Assembly (NCBI GenBank): GCA_963835355.1
Contig: CAWIFE010000011.1
Coordinates: 70,848 to 134,847 of the forward strand
Reading direction: 5' to 3'
Origin: an uncultured Acidobacteriaceae bacterium
GTDB lineage: Bacteria > Acidobacteriota > Terriglobia > Terriglobales > Acidobacteriaceae
Length of the DNA: 64,000 nucleotides
This document shows positions 38,186 to 47,791 of this stretch, piece by piece. The notes under the pieces were generated by a model. The model was not told where the DNA came from. It made no database searches and worked only from the letters and a program-made list of their open reading frames with translations. Position numbers and translations under genes: made by a program. Each line of letters begins with the position of its first letter. The stretch's first letter is position 1.

Positions 38186-40648
38186 ATGCGGCGGTTCTTC
38201 ACGCTTGTTTGTTTGCTTGGCCTGGCCATACCGGCCGGAATATCCATCTCCGGCTGCGTGCGCAATCCAGCGGGCAATTATTGCAACGGCCTTGGGTACG
38301 GGCCAACCCTCACCCAGGTCACCAGCCTCACGCTGCAGCCGCAAATCGCTGGCATTTCGCTGGCCTACGGCCAGACCACGCAGGTTGTCTCGCCGCAAGC
38401 CAGCACTTGCAAAGGTGATCAAGCATCAATCACCGGGTCGCAAATCAGCTACGGAACCTCCAACAATCAGCTGGTCGACATTTCGCCCGGCGGTGGTATC
38501 TGCGCCGGCACCTGGAACCGCAACAGCGGCGGCGGCATCGCCGACTACACCTACTGCAACATCCCAAATCCGTTGCCTTCGACGAAGGGCTTGCCCTACG
38601 CGATCGCTTACATCACTGCGACGGCCGATTCGGTCACTTCCAATCCAGTCACCGTCTACATTCACGCTCCCATCTCCAGCATCAACCTGGTCACAACACC
38701 ATCCTCGGGGTCTTCACCCCAGGGTTGCTACTCGCAGAACCAGCAGGCCAGTCTCGACGCGCAGGCGTTTTACAGCCTGAATGGAGCACAGGCTCTCCTT
38801 TGCGCTCCGGGTTCCAATACGGTTCCCGAGTGCTCCGCCTCCATCGGGACGCTTGCCTTTGCCACCGGCAACCCGGCAGTAGCGACGATTGATTCCGCCA
38901 CCAATGTCATCACCGCGCAGCAACCCGGCACCACCGTGATCACCGCGACCATCGCACAAACCGCTTCCTCGACCGGATACTTTTCCACTTGTCCGCCGAA
39001 ATCGATCAGTATTGCTTTCGCCAACGGAAGCACCAAGGGCATCGTCACGCAAGGCGTTGCGCAAAACCTCACCACAACGGTCACCGATACACTCGGCCAG
39101 TCCATCACCGGTCTTTCGCTGACCTACGAGTCCACCAACCCGATCGATATCGTAGGGTCCGGCTCCATCTCTCCAGCTTTTCCCGGCGTCGCTACGTTAA
39201 CCGCCCTCTGCAAACCGCCGCAATGCAATCCTGCTCCGATCAACGAAATAGGCTTGAGCGGCACCGGGCTCGCAATCGCTTCCAACCCTGTCGATGTCAT
39301 TGTTCCCGGCACCACGAGTGACTTTGCTTGGTTCGCGGCGCCAAACCAGTCGCAATACTTTTCTTCAGTTGAGCTGCTCACAGGCACGCCCGGCTCCACC
39401 GTGCGCATGCCCTACGTCCCCAACTCCATGGTCATGGATCAGGGGGGACTCACGCTCTACTTCGGCTCGCTCCACGAGTTGATGGCTTACTCCACCCAGA
39501 ACAACTCCATCACCAGACAGGACACGTCGGTTCCCGGCGTCGTGCTCGCAGTTTCTCCGAATGCCGACTACTTGCTCATCAATGATCAGGTGCGTGGTCT
39601 CTTCTACCTTTACAACACCTCTGGTACCGTCATTTCCACCTTTGGTGGCCTGGGAGCCGCTGCAGCATTCACTCAGGATTCGAATACTCTCTATATCGTC
39701 GATAGCAAGGCCCTCGGCGGAAATCACACGAATACGCTCTATGTGCACGCTCTCGATTCCGGCTGGAGCACCTACGACCTGAGCGCCTCCGGCGGCTCGC
39801 AGAATCTGGCCATCACCGTTCCCGGTTTGGGCGTTTATCTCGCCGGCAATCCAACTGTTGCGCACACATGGTGCCCTTCCGGCACGGTTGGCAGCAGCGG
39901 GACCATCCAGTTCTTCCCGCAGCCCTTAACCGACTCGATCAACATTCCCACCAGTGTCTTGGGCGCTACTTCCGACGGTCAGCACGTTCTGGGCGCATCG
40001 CTCAACGGCTCGAGCATCACGCTCGACGACATCGGACTCAATATTCCGCCATCGCTGGCCTATCCATCTGCCGAATGTCAGGTGACCACCGCAGGCGCCA
40101 CCCAGACTCTCTCGCCGCTTTCCACCAACCCCACGCTCAACGGCTCGGTTAATCTTGCCGGCGTAACCGGCGCGACCGCCATCAACCAGGTCGTTACCGG
40201 CACGGCGCCCACCACGGCTTCGGTGACCACGGCCGCGCCCATCGCCTTCGTCACCTACTCGACGCCTTCCGCATCAACAACAGCGTCGCAACTTCCGTTT
40301 TATCTGCCCCAGTCGAGCGGCGTCGGACTGGTCGGCTACGTGACCTTTGCCGACAGCACGTCTGCCACACCACCCATCGCGCCGCTCGCGGGCACATTTT
40401 CGCCCGACCATTCCATCTTCTTCGTCTCCACTGCTGGCGACAATGAAGTTCACCTCATCAGCATTCCCGTCAGCCTCAGCCTCGCTGCGCCCCCGACCGA
40501 TACGCAGCAGTTGAGCCCCGGTTTGCCGGCGTGCACGCCAGTCTCCGCCGGCGGCAACGATGCCGGCTGTCTCTATCCGACTGCTCCTGGCCCAAACACC
40601 GTGGTTCCCGCGACGGTCATTACGGTCAAGCCGCGCTCGGTCACCTAG
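38186..40648 (+). CDS. Large lipoprotein with Ig-like domains and a probable beta-propeller
   Basis: GGAGG SD; lipobox SISGC; Thr/Ser-rich beta-strand composition; VATIDSATNVITAQQPGTTVITA resembles Big_2. Confidence 0.75.
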   Translation: MRRFFTLVCLLGLAIPAGISISGCVRNPAGNYCNGLGYGPTLTQVTSLTLQPQIAGISLAYGQTTQVVSPQASTCKGDQASITGSQISYGTSNNQLVDISPGGGICAGTWNRNSGGGIADYTYCNIPNPLPSTKGLPYAIAYITATADSVTSNPVTVYIHAPISSINLVTTPSSGSSPQGCYSQNQQASLDAQAFYSLNGAQALLCAPGSNTVPECSASIGTLAFATGNPAVATIDSATNVITAQQPGTTVITATIAQTASSTGYFSTCPPKSISIAFANGSTKGIVTQGVAQNLTTTVTDTLGQSITGLSLTYESTNPIDIVGSGSISPAFPGVATLTALCKPPQCNPAPINEIGLSGTGLAIASNPVDVIVPGTTSDFAWFAAPNQSQYFSSVELLTGTPGSTVRMPYVPNSMVMDQGGLTLYFGSLHELMAYSTQNNSITRQDTSVPGVVLAVSPNADYLLINDQVRGLFYLYNTSGTVISTFGGLGAAAAFTQDSNTLYIVDSKALGGNHTNTLYVHALDSGWSTYDLSASGGSQNLAITVPGLGVYLAGNPTVAHTWCPSGTVGSSGTIQFFPQPLTDSINIPTSVLGATSDGQHVLGASLNGSSITLDDIGLNIPPSLAYPSAECQVTTAGATQTLSPLSTNPTLNGSVNLAGVTGATAINQVVTGTAPTTASVTTAAPIAFVTYSTPSASTTASQLPFYLPQSSGVGLVGYVTFADSTSATPPIAPLAGTFSPDHSIFFVSTAGDNEVHLISIPVSLSLAAPPTDTQQLSPGLPACTPVSAGGNDAGCLYPTAPGPNTVVPATVITVKPRSVT

Positions 40649-40684
40649 CTCCGCGTCCGGTGCGACGCTGGCAGCCACAAGCTC

Positions 40685-40722
40685 CCCATGGTCCCTTGGT
40701 CCCTCGGTCCCTCGGTCCCTGT
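40685..40722 (+). repeat. 8-mer tandem repeat (CCCTYGGT)
   Basis: cccatggt-cccttggt-ccctcggt-ccctcggt-ccct. Confidence 0.8.
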
Positions 40723-40738
40723 CTTCTACAATCGACTC

Positions 40739-41623
40739 ATGATCAAGGGAATCTCCTTTCTGCGACCTGCAGGCAGCGCCGCGGCCTACGACCGGCTTGC
40801 GGGCTTCTTTGCCGCGCTGGGCTTCGCGCCGGGCAAGGGTTGGCAGGAAGAGGGTTCACGTGGCGCTTCGTTTCTCGCTCCGCTCGGCAATCTGGAATTC
40901 GTCGACGGAAGGTTTCCATCCACCGCCGATATCCTCGTCGAAGTCACATCGCTCGATTCCATCCACCAGGTCGCGGAAGCATGGCTCCGTGCCCATCCGG
41001 TTCCCGGCCAGTCCGGTGACGCGGCTGCTTCACGGCTTTCATCGATCGCTGAGACGCATTGGCGTTCGCGCCTCTTCACTGTCGAGCCGGAGCCCGGCTT
41101 CCGCTTCAGCTTCTGGGCGTGGTCCGATCCCGTGAAGGGAAAGCCTGTCGCCCTGGAGGGCGATCTATCGGCCGCCGGAATGAGGTTCGCCATCGTGGTC
41201 GCTCGCTGGAACGCAGTCGTGACCGACCGCCTGCTCGAGGGCTCTCTTGACGCGCTCCTGCGCAGCGGCGCCGACCGATCCGATATTCAGGTTGTGCGTG
41301 TCCCCGGCGCATGGGAGATTGCTGCCGCGGCTCGCGCCTGCGCGGCCAGCGGTCGCGTTAGTGCCGTCGTCACTCTGGGTTGCCTGCTGCGCGGTGAAAC
41401 TGCGCACTATGAAGCCATCTACAACGAGGTCGCCCGTGGCATCGGCCAGTCCCAGCAGGAGACCGGCGTGCCCCACAGCTTTGGCGTGCTCACCTGCGAG
41501 ACCCTGGAGCAGGCGCTGGACCGCGCTGGAATCAAGGGCGGTAACAAGGGATTTGAGGCCGCCACCGCAGCCATCGAGATGGTGAGCCTGCGCAGGAAGC
41601 TCGAGCAAGGTGGCCCCGCTTGA
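40739..41623 (+). CDS. ribH: Lumazine synthase fused to a ~140-aa N-terminal VOC/glyoxalase-like domain
   Basis: RFAIVVARWN, VPGAWEI, LGCLLRGETAHY and KGGNKG. N-terminal FFAALGF...G...LAPLGNLEF resembles VOC. Confidence 0.92.
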   Translation: MIKGISFLRPAGSAAAYDRLAGFFAALGFAPGKGWQEEGSRGASFLAPLGNLEFVDGRFPSTADILVEVTSLDSIHQVAEAWLRAHPVPGQSGDAAASRLSSIAETHWRSRLFTVEPEPGFRFSFWAWSDPVKGKPVALEGDLSAAGMRFAIVVARWNAVVTDRLLEGSLDALLRSGADRSDIQVVRVPGAWEIAAAARACAASGRVSAVVTLGCLLRGETAHYEAIYNEVARGIGQSQQETGVPHSFGVLTCETLEQALDRAGIKGGNKGFEAATAAIEMVSLRRKLEQGGPA

Positions 41624-42045
41624 CCTCGCGCCATCGCCGCAAGTCCCGCGAGCTCGCCATGCAGATGCTTTTTCAGGCCGACATCGGCCACCAAACTCCC
41701 GACGAAGTTCGAGCTACGTTCTGGAAGGCCGGCGATCCCGTCGAACCCGAAGTGCGCGACTTTGCCGAGGAACTTTTTCGGATTGCCAATGAACAGCAGC
41801 CGAAGATCGACGGCCTCATCGCCGAGCACTCTGCCCACTGGCGGCTGGAACGGATGCCCGCCGTCGATCGCAATCTGCTGCGCATGGCCGTGGCCGAACT
41901 CGTCGGCGTCAAATCCACGCCTTTCCCTGTGGTCATCAACGAGGCGCTTGAAATCGGCCGCCGTTACTGCGCCACTGAGTCGATCAACTTCCTCAATGGC
42001 GTCCTCGACTCCATCGCGCGCAGCGTGATCGCCAGCAAGCAGTGA
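41620..42045 (+). CDS. nusB: Transcription antitermination factor NusB
   Basis: RRKSRELAMQMLFQ, WRLERMPAVDRNLLR and FLNGVLD; overlaps the ribH stop. Confidence 0.97.
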   Translation: MTSRHRRKSRELAMQMLFQADIGHQTPDEVRATFWKAGDPVEPEVRDFAEELFRIANEQQPKIDGLIAEHSAHWRLERMPAVDRNLLRMAVAELVGVKSTPFPVVINEALEIGRRYCATESINFLNGVLDSIARSVIASKQ

Positions 42046-42080
42046 AGCGTAGACGGTGCGCTTCCGTCAATTTGGTCTAA

Positions 42081-42698
42081 GTGTTTTCACATTCTCTTGA
42101 AGCAACTCGCCGCGCCCGCCCTGCTATCCTTGATCTCGTGATTCCGCACACCTGCCACAAAGGAATGCTGGTGTTGGTCCTGCTTCCCTCTTTGGCTATC
42201 GCCGCCTGCCATCGGGAAGAGCGGGCCGTGGTGAACGTGGAAAAGAACGCCGAAAAGGCCGAACATCAGGCGCAGGTCAAGGCCATTGAGCGCGATCAGC
42301 AACGCGCCGAACTCGACCAGATCGCGCTGCCCACCAAGAGCTTGTACATCGATATCCACGACCCAGAGCAATGGGCCAATCCGTTTCTCTCGGTTGGAGC
42401 CGACACAATCGGCCTCCGCATCATCATGTCCGACGCGAATCCCAGCCCGGTAGGGGAGGGAACCCTGCTCCGCCCTGTGGCCGCGCGCCGCCAGGAGCTC
42501 GACTTGCGCCTCACCGACCTGAGCGCTGCTGTGGCCGCCATTCCTGCGGGCGCGTGGCCCTATGGCCGCGTGATTGCAGTAGCTGAATCTCCCTCCGCCG
42601 CCCCCAAAGATCGTCCCAGGGTCCGCCGAAACGTTGAAGCCGTCATCCGTCAGCTCAACGACCTTGGCGTCGTTGTCGAAGAGTGGCCGGCGAGGTAA
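42081..42698 (+). CDS. Hypothetical lipoprotein
   Basis: LAIAAC lipobox followed by a coiled coil; start uncertain. Confidence 0.65.
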   Translation: MFSHSLEATRRARPAILDLVIPHTCHKGMLVLVLLPSLAIAACHREERAVVNVEKNAEKAEHQAQVKAIERDQQRAELDQIALPTKSLYIDIHDPEQWANPFLSVGADTIGLRIIMSDANPSPVGEGTLLRPVAARRQELDLRLTDLSAAVAAIPAGAWPYGRVIAVAESPSAAPKDRPRVRRNVEAVIRQLNDLGVVVEEWPAR

Positions 42699-42798
42699 CC
42701 CTCCCGGCCTCGCTCGTCGAGCGCCCGTCCGGGCCACTGTTCTATGCATTGCGTCCTGCTCCAACAGCCGCCTCTCCGGGGCGCGCTACCATTGCAGC

Positions 42799-45700
42799 GT
42801 GAGCTCTTCCACGTTTGCCATCCTCTCCAATCTCACATCGCTCGCCCATGAGCAATTTTCGGCTCACCGTGAGCTTGAGGCCCTGCTGAAGAAATCTCTT
42901 CGCGGCCCGGCTTCCTCTGATCTTGTCCGCTTCGATCTCGGCTCGCGCGCGCTTTACGCTGCCGATGCTTCGAACTACCGCCAGTTGCCCGTAGGTGTCA
43001 TTTTTCCCCGTGATGCGGCAGACGTTGAAGCCGCCCTGGCCGCTTGCCGCGCCACCGGCGCCGCAGTTCTCCCGCGCGGCGCGGGTACCAGTCTTGCCGG
43101 CCAGTGCGTCAACGTGGCAGTGGTCTTCGACTATTCGCGCCACATGAATGCGCTCACCTCGATCGATCCCAACACAAAACTGGCCCGAGTGGAGCCAGGC
43201 ATCGTTCTCGACCGCCTTCGCGACGCGGCAGAACTCCACCACCTCACCTACGCCCCCGATCCGGCCACCCACTCCCGCTGCACCCTCGGCGGCATGATCG
43301 GCAACAACAGTTGCGGCGTCCATGGCCTGCTCGGCGGCAAAGTCGTTGACAACGTGGAATCGCTCGACGTCGTCCTCTACGACGGCACGCGCATGACCGT
43401 CGGCCCCACTCCGCCCGATCGCCTCGATGCTCTCATCCGCGCCGGCGGCCGCATCGGCCAAATCTACTCCGGCCTCGCCCGCATCCGCGACCGTTACGCT
43501 TCCCTCGTCCGCGAAAAGTTTCCTCGCATCCCGCGGCGCGTCTCCGGCTACAACCTCGACGAGCTCCTGCCCGAAAACAACTTCCACGTGGCCCGCGCAC
43601 TGGTCGGCTCCGAGGGAACCTGCGCCAACATCGTCTCCGCCACTCTCAACCTCACCGCCAGCCCGCCCTTCCGCGTGCTCACCGTGCTTGGCTTCAACGA
43701 TCCCTTCCTTGCCGCCGACGCGGTTCCGCTCGCTCTCGAGCACAAGCCCATCGGCCTCGAAGGCTTCGATTCTCTCCTGATCGATTTCATGCGCCGCAAG
43801 GGCCTCGCGCTGCGCGAACTCGACCAACTTCCTCCCGGCGTGGGCTTCTTGCTCGTCGAAATGGGCGCGTGGTCTCCCGAAGAGGCTCGAGCCAAGGCCG
43901 ACGCATTGGCGCACGCCTCACAGTCCTGGCCGTCGCCGCCGGTCGCTCACATCTGCGCGCCCGACGAGGCCGCTGCAGTGTGGCACGTGCGCGAATCCGC
44001 GCTCGGCGCAATGGTCTTCGTGCCCGGCGAGCCCGACCGCTGGGAAGGCTGGGAGGACGCCGCCGTTCCGCCCGCGCGCCTCGGCGCCTATTTGCGTGCC
44101 ATCACCGGGCTCATGGCCGAGTATGGCTTCCGCAGCCCGCTCTACGGCCACTACGGGCAGGGCTGCGTCCACATGCGCGTCAATTTCGACTTTCGCAGCG
44201 CCGAGGGCATACGCATCTTCCGCGAGTTCATCGAACGCGCTGCCGATACCGTGCTCTCCTTCGGCGGGTCGCTCTCCGGCGAACATGGCGACGGCCAGGC
44301 CCGCGCCGCTCTACTGCCGAAAATGTTCGGGCCTGAGCTCATCAATGCCTTCCGCGAATTCAAGGCGCTCTGGGACCCCGACAACCGCATGAATCCCGGC
44401 AAGCTTTCAGATGCCGCGCGTGTCTATGACCCCACCGAGAACCTGCGCCACCCGCTCACAGCGGGTGCCTCATCCGAACAAGCCACGGATGTGGGTGCCC
44501 CTGATCCCTCGCATTTGGGGATCAGGGAGACCCATTTCGCTTTCGCCAAAGACGATGGCTCTCTCGAACGCGCCACCGAGCGGTGTGTCGGTGTCGGCTC
44601 GTGCCGCAACACTGTGGGCGGCGTCATGTGTCCCAGCTACCGCGCCACTGGAGAGGAGCAGCACTCCACCCGCGGCCGCGCTCATCTGTTGTCGGAGATG
44701 CTCGTCGGAGCCCTTCGCGGCGAAGGCTTCCAGAGCCGCGCCGTCGACGAGGCCCTCGATCTCTGCTTGAGCTGCAAGGCCTGCAAATCCGAGTGCCCGG
44801 TGCAGGTGGACATGGCCGCCTACAAGTCGGAGTTCCTTTGGCAGCGCTATAAAGGCCGGCTGCACCCGCTCCACCATTACATCTTCGGCTTCGCCGACCG
44901 CCTCGCGCGCTACGGCTCGCTCGCCCCATCCCTCACCAATGCGATCTTGACCGGCTCTCTCACGAGCCCGCTCGTCAAGCGCATCGCCGGCGTAGCGCGC
45001 GAGCGCCAGTTGCCGCGCCTGGCGGCGAAAAGCTACCAAAGGACACGAGGTACCCATTCTTCAAGCGGGACTGCTTCGCGCGGAGCGCAATTGCCTGGAC
45101 GGCCAGTCCTGCTTTGGCCTGACACATGGAACAACTACTATCACCCGCAATCGCTTTCCGCCGCCGAAACCGTTCTCACGCAAGCCGGGTTTCAGGTCGA
45201 AGTTCCTCGCGGCCACATCTGCTGCGGCCGTCCGCTCTACGATTTCGGTCTTCTCGGCGCGGCCCGCTCCTACCTCTCTCGCGTCCTCGACCGCATGGCT
45301 CCGCAAATTGAGGCCGGCCTGCCCTTCATCTTCCTCGAGCCGAGCTGCGCCAGCGTCTTCAAAGATGAGCTGCCGGAACTTTTCCCAGACGATCGCCGCG
45401 CTCAGCTCTTGAGCCGGCAGGTCTGGCTTCTTGCCGACTGGCTCGCCGATCGCGCGCCGGATTTTGCTGTCGGCCGCCTTCAAGGCGCGCACATCCTCAT
45501 TCACGGCCACTGCCATCACAAAGCCGTCTTTGGCGGTCCGGCCAGCGAAATCGCTTTGCTCCGCAAGGCGGGCGCCACGGTCGAGTCCATCCAGGCCGGG
45601 TGCTGCGGGATGGCAGGCCCTTTCGGCTTCGAAGCCGGCAAATTTGAAATCTCTAAAACCATCGCTAACCAGGGTCTGCTCCCCGCCGTTCAATCCGCCG

Positions 45701-45822
45701 GCCCAGCCACCATCATCCTTGCGGATGGTTTCAGTTGCCGCGAGCAGATCGCGCAATTGTCCTCTCGCCAGGCCCTCCATTTCGCGGAACTTCTTTCCCA
45801 CAACTGCGCCTGCGGCGAGTGA
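42799..45822 (+). CDS. FAD-binding and (Fe-S)-binding oxidoreductase (GlcD/GlpC, lactate dehydrogenase-like)
   Basis: PRGAGTSLAGQ, GEHGDG, CVGVGSC..MCPSY, CLSCKACKSECP and CCG domains. Confidence 0.92.
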   Translation: MSSSTFAILSNLTSLAHEQFSAHRELEALLKKSLRGPASSDLVRFDLGSRALYAADASNYRQLPVGVIFPRDAADVEAALAACRATGAAVLPRGAGTSLAGQCVNVAVVFDYSRHMNALTSIDPNTKLARVEPGIVLDRLRDAAELHHLTYAPDPATHSRCTLGGMIGNNSCGVHGLLGGKVVDNVESLDVVLYDGTRMTVGPTPPDRLDALIRAGGRIGQIYSGLARIRDRYASLVREKFPRIPRRVSGYNLDELLPENNFHVARALVGSEGTCANIVSATLNLTASPPFRVLTVLGFNDPFLAADAVPLALEHKPIGLEGFDSLLIDFMRRKGLALRELDQLPPGVGFLLVEMGAWSPEEARAKADALAHASQSWPSPPVAHICAPDEAAAVWHVRESALGAMVFVPGEPDRWEGWEDAAVPPARLGAYLRAITGLMAEYGFRSPLYGHYGQGCVHMRVNFDFRSAEGIRIFREFIERAADTVLSFGGSLSGEHGDGQARAALLPKMFGPELINAFREFKALWDPDNRMNPGKLSDAARVYDPTENLRHPLTAGASSEQATDVGAPDPSHLGIRETHFAFAKDDGSLERATERCVGVGSCRNTVGGVMCPSYRATGEEQHSTRGRAHLLSEMLVGALRGEGFQSRAVDEALDLCLSCKACKSECPVQVDMAAYKSEFLWQRYKGRLHPLHHYIFGFADRLARYGSLAPSLTNAILTGSLTSPLVKRIAGVARERQLPRLAAKSYQRTRGTHSSSGTASRGAQLPGRPVLLWPDTWNNYYHPQSLSAAETVLTQAGFQVEVPRGHICCGRPLYDFGLLGAARSYLSRVLDRMAPQIEAGLPFIFLEPSCASVFKDELPELFPDDRRAQLLSRQVWLLADWLADRAPDFAVGRLQGAHILIHGHCHHKAVFGGPASEIALLRKAGATVESIQAGCCGMAGPFGFEAGKFEISKTIANQGLLPAVQSAGPATIILADGFSCREQIAQLSSRQALHFAELLSHNCACGE
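44493..44527 (+). repeat. GGGTG-tagged REP-like hairpin, in frame in the oxidoreductase
   Basis: gggtgcccctgatccctcgcatttggggatcaggga encodes GAPDPSHLGIRE. Confidence 0.8.
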
Positions 45823-45935
45823 TCCGCACCTTTATGGCGCGATGAATCTGCAGTCCGGGACCGGTTTGCAGTAAACTGGACAGGTTTGGTAGTCTCAGGC
45901 ATTCCTTGAGCGCAGTGGAAAGGGGAGGTTTCATC

Positions 45936-46343
45936 ATGGCAGAAGATAGCAAATCGTATGGTTTGGCCTGGTTCTTGGCCGGATTAGGTGTTGGCGCTCT
46001 TGTCGGCATTCTCTATGCGCCAAAGAGCGGCAAGGAGACGCGCGAGGACATCGCTTCAGGAGCTCGCGAGAGCGCCGAGTATCTTCGTGCTCGCACGCGC
46101 GAGGCTGCGGAGAACGTCAGCGCCATCGTCGATCGCGGCAAGGAGCAGATTAGCGCCTTTGTCGACAAGAGCAAGGAACAGGTTGGCGAATACACGGATC
46201 GCGGACGGGCACAGTGGGAAGAGTTTGTCGAGCGCGGCAAGAACCTGGTCGCCGATCAGACCACTCGCGTCTCTGCGGCCGTGGACGCTGGACGTCAGGC
46301 ATACAAGTCGGCCAGCGGCGAGCCCGAAACGCACGAGTATTGA
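45936..46343 (+). CDS. YtxH domain-containing protein
   Basis: FLAGLGVGALVGILYAPKSGKETR; GGGAGG SD. Confidence 0.9.
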   Translation: MAEDSKSYGLAWFLAGLGVGALVGILYAPKSGKETREDIASGARESAEYLRARTREAAENVSAIVDRGKEQISAFVDKSKEQVGEYTDRGRAQWEEFVERGKNLVADQTTRVSAAVDAGRQAYKSASGEPETHEY

Positions 46344-46528
46344 GATCGGGCGAGCTTCACCGGGTCCGTGCCGGCCTCACATCTCATTGTTCCTTCCGGC
46401 GCCGAATGCGGGTGTGATCGAATCGCGTACCCGCGCTGGCTCCGGGACAAAAGCCGCTGCCCTCGCCAGGGGAGCGTGCTCCAGCAGTTATTCGCAGGCC
46501 CGCAGAGTTCCTGCGCGAGATCGTCATC

Positions 46529-47056
46529 ATGTCAAATCTAGACCATCAAACCATTGAACTCGCCTTGATCGCATTGGTCGCCTTGGCCATGTTGGTTCAG
46601 GCTATCGTCATGTTCGCCGCTTTTTTGACCATGCGCAAGGCGGCGCGTGCCGCGGACCAGAAGTTCGCGGCGTTCCAATCCTCCGTGACTCCGCTCATTG
46701 ACAATACCCGCGCGCTGGTCACGCGCCTGACCCCGAAGATCGAGCAATCCGCCGACGACTTGGCCGCCCTCACTCACTCCCTGCGCTTGCAAACTGCCGA
46801 CGTGCAATTCGCGGCTGACGAAATCATTACGCGCGCGCGCAACCAGGCCACCCGCCTTGACGCGATGCTCTCTCATCTTCTCGACACTCTCGACCGCACC
46901 GGCCACTTTATGACCGATGCCGTCAACAAGCCCATCCGCCAGTTCTCGGCGATTTTGGCCTCTGTCAAAGCCGTTGTCGAATCGTTGCGCAGCGGAGTGC
47001 CTGAGCCTGTTTCGCGGCCCAATCCGCCGTCACGCGATCACGATATGTTTGTCTAG
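46529..47056 (+). CDS. Membrane-anchored coiled-coil hypothetical protein (DUF948-like)
   Basis: N-terminal TM helix followed by heptad-rich helices; adjacent to YtxH. Confidence 0.7.
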   Translation: MSNLDHQTIELALIALVALAMLVQAIVMFAAFLTMRKAARAADQKFAAFQSSVTPLIDNTRALVTRLTPKIEQSADDLAALTHSLRLQTADVQFAADEIITRARNQATRLDAMLSHLLDTLDRTGHFMTDAVNKPIRQFSAILASVKAVVESLRSGVPEPVSRPNPPSRDHDMFV

Positions 47057-47106
47057 GGCTCACCCACGTTCCCCGGTACACGCGAGGCCGATCGAAATAG
47101 GTTTGA

Positions 47107-47721
47107 ATGATGCGGGTATTGGATCCTGCTCTGATCGCGGCCAACGATATTTACAAGCTCATGATAGGCATGATTGTGCCTCGGCCCATCGCCTTCGTCT
47201 CCACCGTCGATGTGGCAGGCGTCAGAAATCTGGCTCCCTTCAGCTACTTCACCGCGTGCGGCTCCAATCCGCCCGTTGTCTGCTTCTCCACATCGGTTCG
47301 TTCTGACCCGCGTCCCTATAAGGACACGCTTAGAAACGTCGAGGCCACCGGCGAATTCGTGGTCAACATCGTTTCTGAGGAGTTCGCTGCGCAGATGAAT
47401 ATGAGTTCGGCCGAGGTTGCGCCCGAAGTGGATGAGTTCGAGCTTTCTGGCCTTACGCCGATCTCGAGCGATCTCATCAAACCGCCGCGCGTAGCCGAGA
47501 GCAAGGTGCAGATGGAATGTCGCCTGCACCAGATCGTGCCCGTCAGCGACAGGCCCGGCGGCGGCATCCTCGTGCTCGGCGAGGTCCTCCGATTCCATGT
47601 GCTGGAGTCATTGCTCGACGGCTACAAAATCGATCCCGACAAGTTAAATGCAATCGGCCGCATGGGCGGCCCCACTTACGTTCGCACCCACGATCGCTTC
47701 GAAATGCAGAGGCCCAAGTAA
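47107..47721 (+). CDS. Flavin reductase-like (FMN-binding split barrel) protein
   Basis: IVPRPIAFVST, NLAPFSYF, KDTLRN..ATGEFVVN and IGRMGG..Y. Confidence 0.9.
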   Translation: MMRVLDPALIAANDIYKLMIGMIVPRPIAFVSTVDVAGVRNLAPFSYFTACGSNPPVVCFSTSVRSDPRPYKDTLRNVEATGEFVVNIVSEEFAAQMNMSSAEVAPEVDEFELSGLTPISSDLIKPPRVAESKVQMECRLHQIVPVSDRPGGGILVLGEVLRFHVLESLLDGYKIDPDKLNAIGRMGGPTYVRTHDRFEMQRPK

Positions 47722-47791
47722 CCGAGTCGCGCCCGTCAAGTGCTGTTCGCGCGTCGCCTGATCCGCCGAAGTGACGCGGGCCGCGCCGGAT

